From an uncultured bacterium (lineage in GTDB: Bacteria > Desulfobacterota_D > UBA1144 > Nemesobacterales > UBA2774), in contig CAVPJU010000006.1 in assembly GCA_963705505.1 (NCBI GenBank), forward strand, positions 544,001 through 608,000: a stretch of DNA of 64,000 nt. Direction: 5' to 3'. The notes beneath the pieces were generated by a model that was not told the DNA's origin, made no database searches, and was given only the letters and a program-made list of their open reading frames with translations. The position numbers and the translations under genes are program-made. Below are positions 59,010 through 64,000 of this stretch, piece after piece; the stretch's first letter is position 1; every line of letters begins with the position of its first letter.

Positions 59010-61421
59010 TTATATTGTACGTAATTCGGCTCCGAGAGCCAATTGAAGATTTTTAATAGTCTTATCCTGAACTTTGTTTATTTCTTCTTCTGTCAGAGTC
59101 TTGTCCGATGCCCGCAGTTGTAATGAAACCGCCACGCTCTTCTTCCCCTTTTCGACCGGGCTTCCCGTAAATACGTCGAATACCTCCGCATCCTCGATCA
59201 ATTTCGAAGCGGTCCTGCCTATCTCTTCGAGGATGCTGCTCACGGGGGTTTCCTCGTCAACGATCAAAGCAATGTCTCGTCTTACGGATGGGAATCTGGG
59301 GAGTGGGCTGAACGCCTTCTTCGATTCACCGTATTTCCCGGTTATCTTGTCTAAATCCATCTCCATAACATACAATCTTTTTGAAATGTCGAGCTTGTCC
59401 CTGAGCTCCGGGTGTAGCTCGCCTATAAAACCGCAATCGTCATTTCCGATCGTAATCACGGCTGATTTGCCGGGGTGGAGAAATCCGATTTCCGATGCTC
59501 GGCTGAATTTGACGCTTCCCGAAATCGATAAAGCGTCGAATCCTTTCTCAAGCAGGCTTTTGAAATCAAAGAAATCGAACTCCTCCTTGTCCCAGAGTTC
59601 CGGCTGCCTTCTTCCGGTTGCAGCCGCAGCAAGTTTCGTTATCTCGACGGGAAGTTTCCCCTTCCCGGCCGGTATGAATATTTTTCCGATCTCGAACAAT
59701 CTGACGTCCTGTTCCTGCCTGTTCAGATTTAGTGCGGTATTTCTAAGAAGACCCGGCAGGAGGCTCGTCCTCATTACCGAGCCCTCGCTCGAAAGCGGGT
59801 TCAGTATCCCGAGCGCCTCGGTTTTTCCGAAGAGTGTTAAAAGCTCGTAGTCTTCGAAGCTGTAGTTTATCGCTTCGTGGAATCCGCCCGAGATGAATAT
59901 TTCTTTCAGTCTTGCCCGAACCCGTTTTTCGGGATCGATCCCCTCCGATTTCATTATTGCGGCGGGCAGGGAACTCGGAATCCCGCTGTACCCGTATAGC
60001 CTTGCGAATTCTTCGATTAAATCGATCTCCCTCGTGAGGTCGACCCTGTATGTGGGGATACGGAATACGAGATCTCCGTTTGAGGATTGCGCGTTCTCCA
60101 GGCCGAGTCCTTCGGCTATTCGCATTACCTCTCCGGGATCGATGCTTGTCCCGAGGAGCGAGTTGACGCGCTTGATTGATAGTCCGACGAGAGAGGGCTC
60201 GATTTTTACCGGATACGCGTCTATCCTGCCTTTTGCGATCTGTCCGCCCGATAATTCCCTCATCAGCTCTGCGGCCCTGTCGAGCGCTTTTGTAATGCCG
60301 TTCGGGTCGACGCCCCTTTCGAACCTGTACGAGGATTCGGACTTGAGCCCTGTTTTTCTGGATGTTTTCCTTATCGCTGCGGGGTCGAAGTACGCGCTCT
60401 CGAGCAGGATGTTTTTCGTGCCGTCGGATACCTCCGTGTTCTCTCCGCCCATAACGCCCGCGAGAGCAACGGGTCTTTTGCCGTCACAAATGAGCAGGTC
60501 CTCCGGTGTGAGCTTCCTCTCGACGCCGTCTAGCGTCTTTATGACCTCACCATCGCCCGCGGCTCTGACTACGATTTTTCTTCCTTCCAGAAGATCGTAG
60601 TCGAACGCATGGAGCGGCTGGCCGAGCTCTAAAAGGACATAGTTGGTCACGTCGACGATATTGTTTATCGACCTTACTCCCGAAGACTCGAGCCTTGACT
60701 TGAGCCACACAGGAGAGGGTCCGATGTTTACGTTCTTTATCACACGGCAGGAATACCTGGGGCATTTTTCGGGGTCCAGAAGCTCGACCTTTGCAAGCTC
60801 ACGAATATCCTCGCCTCCTTCTTTGACTGACAGGTCGGGATAATTTAATTTCGTCCCGAGAATTGCGGACACTTCCCTCGCGACGCCTACAACACTCAGG
60901 CAGTCAGGGCGGTTTGGTGTGATATTGATCTCGAAAATTACATCGTTTAATCCTATCTCGTCTATGAGCCTGGAGCCTGCTGTCGCCGAGGGGGAAAGAA
61001 TCATTATTCCTTCTCCCTCGCCGCCGATCCCAAGCTCGTTTTCGGCGCAAAGCATCCCTTCTGAAACCTCTCCCCTTATCTTGGCCTTTTTAATCGTCAT
61101 GCCTTCCGGGAACTTCGGACCGGGCGGAAGGTTTGTTCCGATCTTGGCGAGCGCAACCTTGTCTCCGGCCTTCATGTTGTTGGCCCCGCATACTATGCTG
61201 TAATTCTTTTCTCCGTCCGAAACGTCGCAGAGGGAGAGCTTTTCGGCATCGGGGTGAGGTCTGATACCCAGAATTTGAGCGACAACCACATTTTCGAGAC
61301 CCTTCCCGCGGTACTCGACAGACTCCACCTCGAGTCCTGCCATCGTGAGCCTGTCCGCGAGCTCTTCGGGCGTGATTCCGAAGTCGACGTATTCCCTTAA
61401 CCAGTTAACCGTGATTATCAT
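59010..61421 (-). CDS. pheT: Phenylalanine--tRNA ligase beta subunit
   Basis: HPDAEKL, GEVSEGM, ITPNRPDCLS, RFERGVD, DLIEE.ARLYGY, MRTSLLPGLL, FDX-ACB tail. Confidence 0.98.
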   Translation of the reverse strand: MIITVNWLREYVDFGITPEELADRLTMAGLEVESVEYRGKGLENVVVAQILGIRPHPDAEKLSLCDVSDGEKNYSIVCGANNMKAGDKVALAKIGTNLPPGPKFPEGMTIKKAKIRGEVSEGMLCAENELGIGGEGEGIMILSPSATAGSRLIDEIGLNDVIFEINITPNRPDCLSVVGVAREVSAILGTKLNYPDLSVKEGGEDIRELAKVELLDPEKCPRYSCRVIKNVNIGPSPVWLKSRLESSGVRSINNIVDVTNYVLLELGQPLHAFDYDLLEGRKIVVRAAGDGEVIKTLDGVERKLTPEDLLICDGKRPVALAGVMGGENTEVSDGTKNILLESAYFDPAAIRKTSRKTGLKSESSYRFERGVDPNGITKALDRAAELMRELSGGQIAKGRIDAYPVKIEPSLVGLSIKRVNSLLGTSIDPGEVMRIAEGLGLENAQSSNGDLVFRIPTYRVDLTREIDLIEEFARLYGYSGIPSSLPAAIMKSEGIDPEKRVRARLKEIFISGGFHEAINYSFEDYELLTLFGKTEALGILNPLSSEGSVMRTSLLPGLLRNTALNLNRQEQDVRLFEIGKIFIPAGKGKLPVEITKLAAAATGRRQPELWDKEEFDFFDFKSLLEKGFDALSISGSVKFSRASEIGFLHPGKSAVITIGNDDCGFIGELHPELRDKLDISKRLYVMEMDLDKITGKYGESKKAFSPLPRFPSVRRDIALIVDEETPVSSILEEIGRTASKLIEDAEVFDVFTGSPVEKGKKSVAVSLQLRASDKTLTEEEINKVQDKTIKNLQLALGAELRTI

Positions 61422-61503
61422 TTGTATGACCCACCAAAATTTAATGATTACATATTCTTATAGTCGGGTCAATACTCTATGTGTTTCTCAGATGCAACTG
61501 AAA

Positions 61504-63771
<2,268 letters not shown>

Positions 63772-63815
63772 TTAATATTTGAAAAACCCCACTTATACAT
63801 TAAACGAAATTCTCC

Positions 63816-63863
63816 ATAGTTGTCCAATATTGATATTCTATATATCCTATAGTTAATGCCTAT
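63816..63863. promoter_or_regulatory. OxyR-type LysR operator between katG and the LysR gene
   Basis: ATAG-N7-ATAT-N7-CTAT-N7-ATAG-N7-CTAT. Confidence 0.75.
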
Positions 63864-63938
63864 GGTTTGGGTTTGGTTTATCGTTAAATTGGTCAGTGGT
63901 TGGTCAGGTTTTGGACCTCTTTAGGCAAGGATAGATAA

Positions 63939-64000
63939 ATGGAGCTTCATCAGCTTAGATACTTCGTCGCTGTCGCTGAAACAGGCGGGTTCAGCAAAGC
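63939..64000 (+). CDS. LysR family regulator N-terminus (probably OxyR-like; truncated by the window edge)
   Basis: MELHQLRYFVAVAETGGFSK LysR HTH start, divergent from katG. Confidence 0.8.
   Translation, partial: MELHQLRYFVAVAETGGFSK

Overview
A gene-dense stretch of bacterial chromosome, mostly core genes. The gene order (prmC-murA-hisG, tyrA-hisC, pheT-ihf, exosortase H pair) suggests a Deltaproteobacteria-like lineage such as Ca. Dadabacteria; this is inference only. It holds ergothioneine genes (egtB-egtD), a pstSCAB-arsC-phoU operon, mutS, groES-groEL, radC, an exosortase H pair, pabB/pabC, mnmE, dapL, purB, gshA, clcA, argH, fatty-acid oxidation genes, tilS, pheT, and a katG / LysR (OxyR-like) divergon at the right edge. 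Several signals are not shown by the ORF track. (1) Two paralogous 25-codon micro-ORFs (14114-14191, 14409-14486) are each almost entirely a lipoprotein signal peptide ending in a lipobox, which would leave 6-residue lipopeptides CKCNLG and CQCGIG. (2) Four arrays of 11-bp-periodic TTAA repeats (Pho-box-like) lie before pstS, a hypothetical gene, egtBD and an unannotated ~60-nt terminator-ended small RNA candidate at ~41790-41850. (3) A c-di-GMP-I riboswitch precedes a lytic transglycosylase-SPOR gene. (4) Two parS sites plus DnaA boxes lie next to mnmE, marking an origin-proximal or candidate oriC region. (5) There is an OxyR-type operator and a TetR operator. Single frameshifts in prmC, gntK and groEL are probably assembly errors, while the DUF502 remnant looks like a real pseudogene. 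No rRNA, tRNA, CRISPR array or transposase was recognised.
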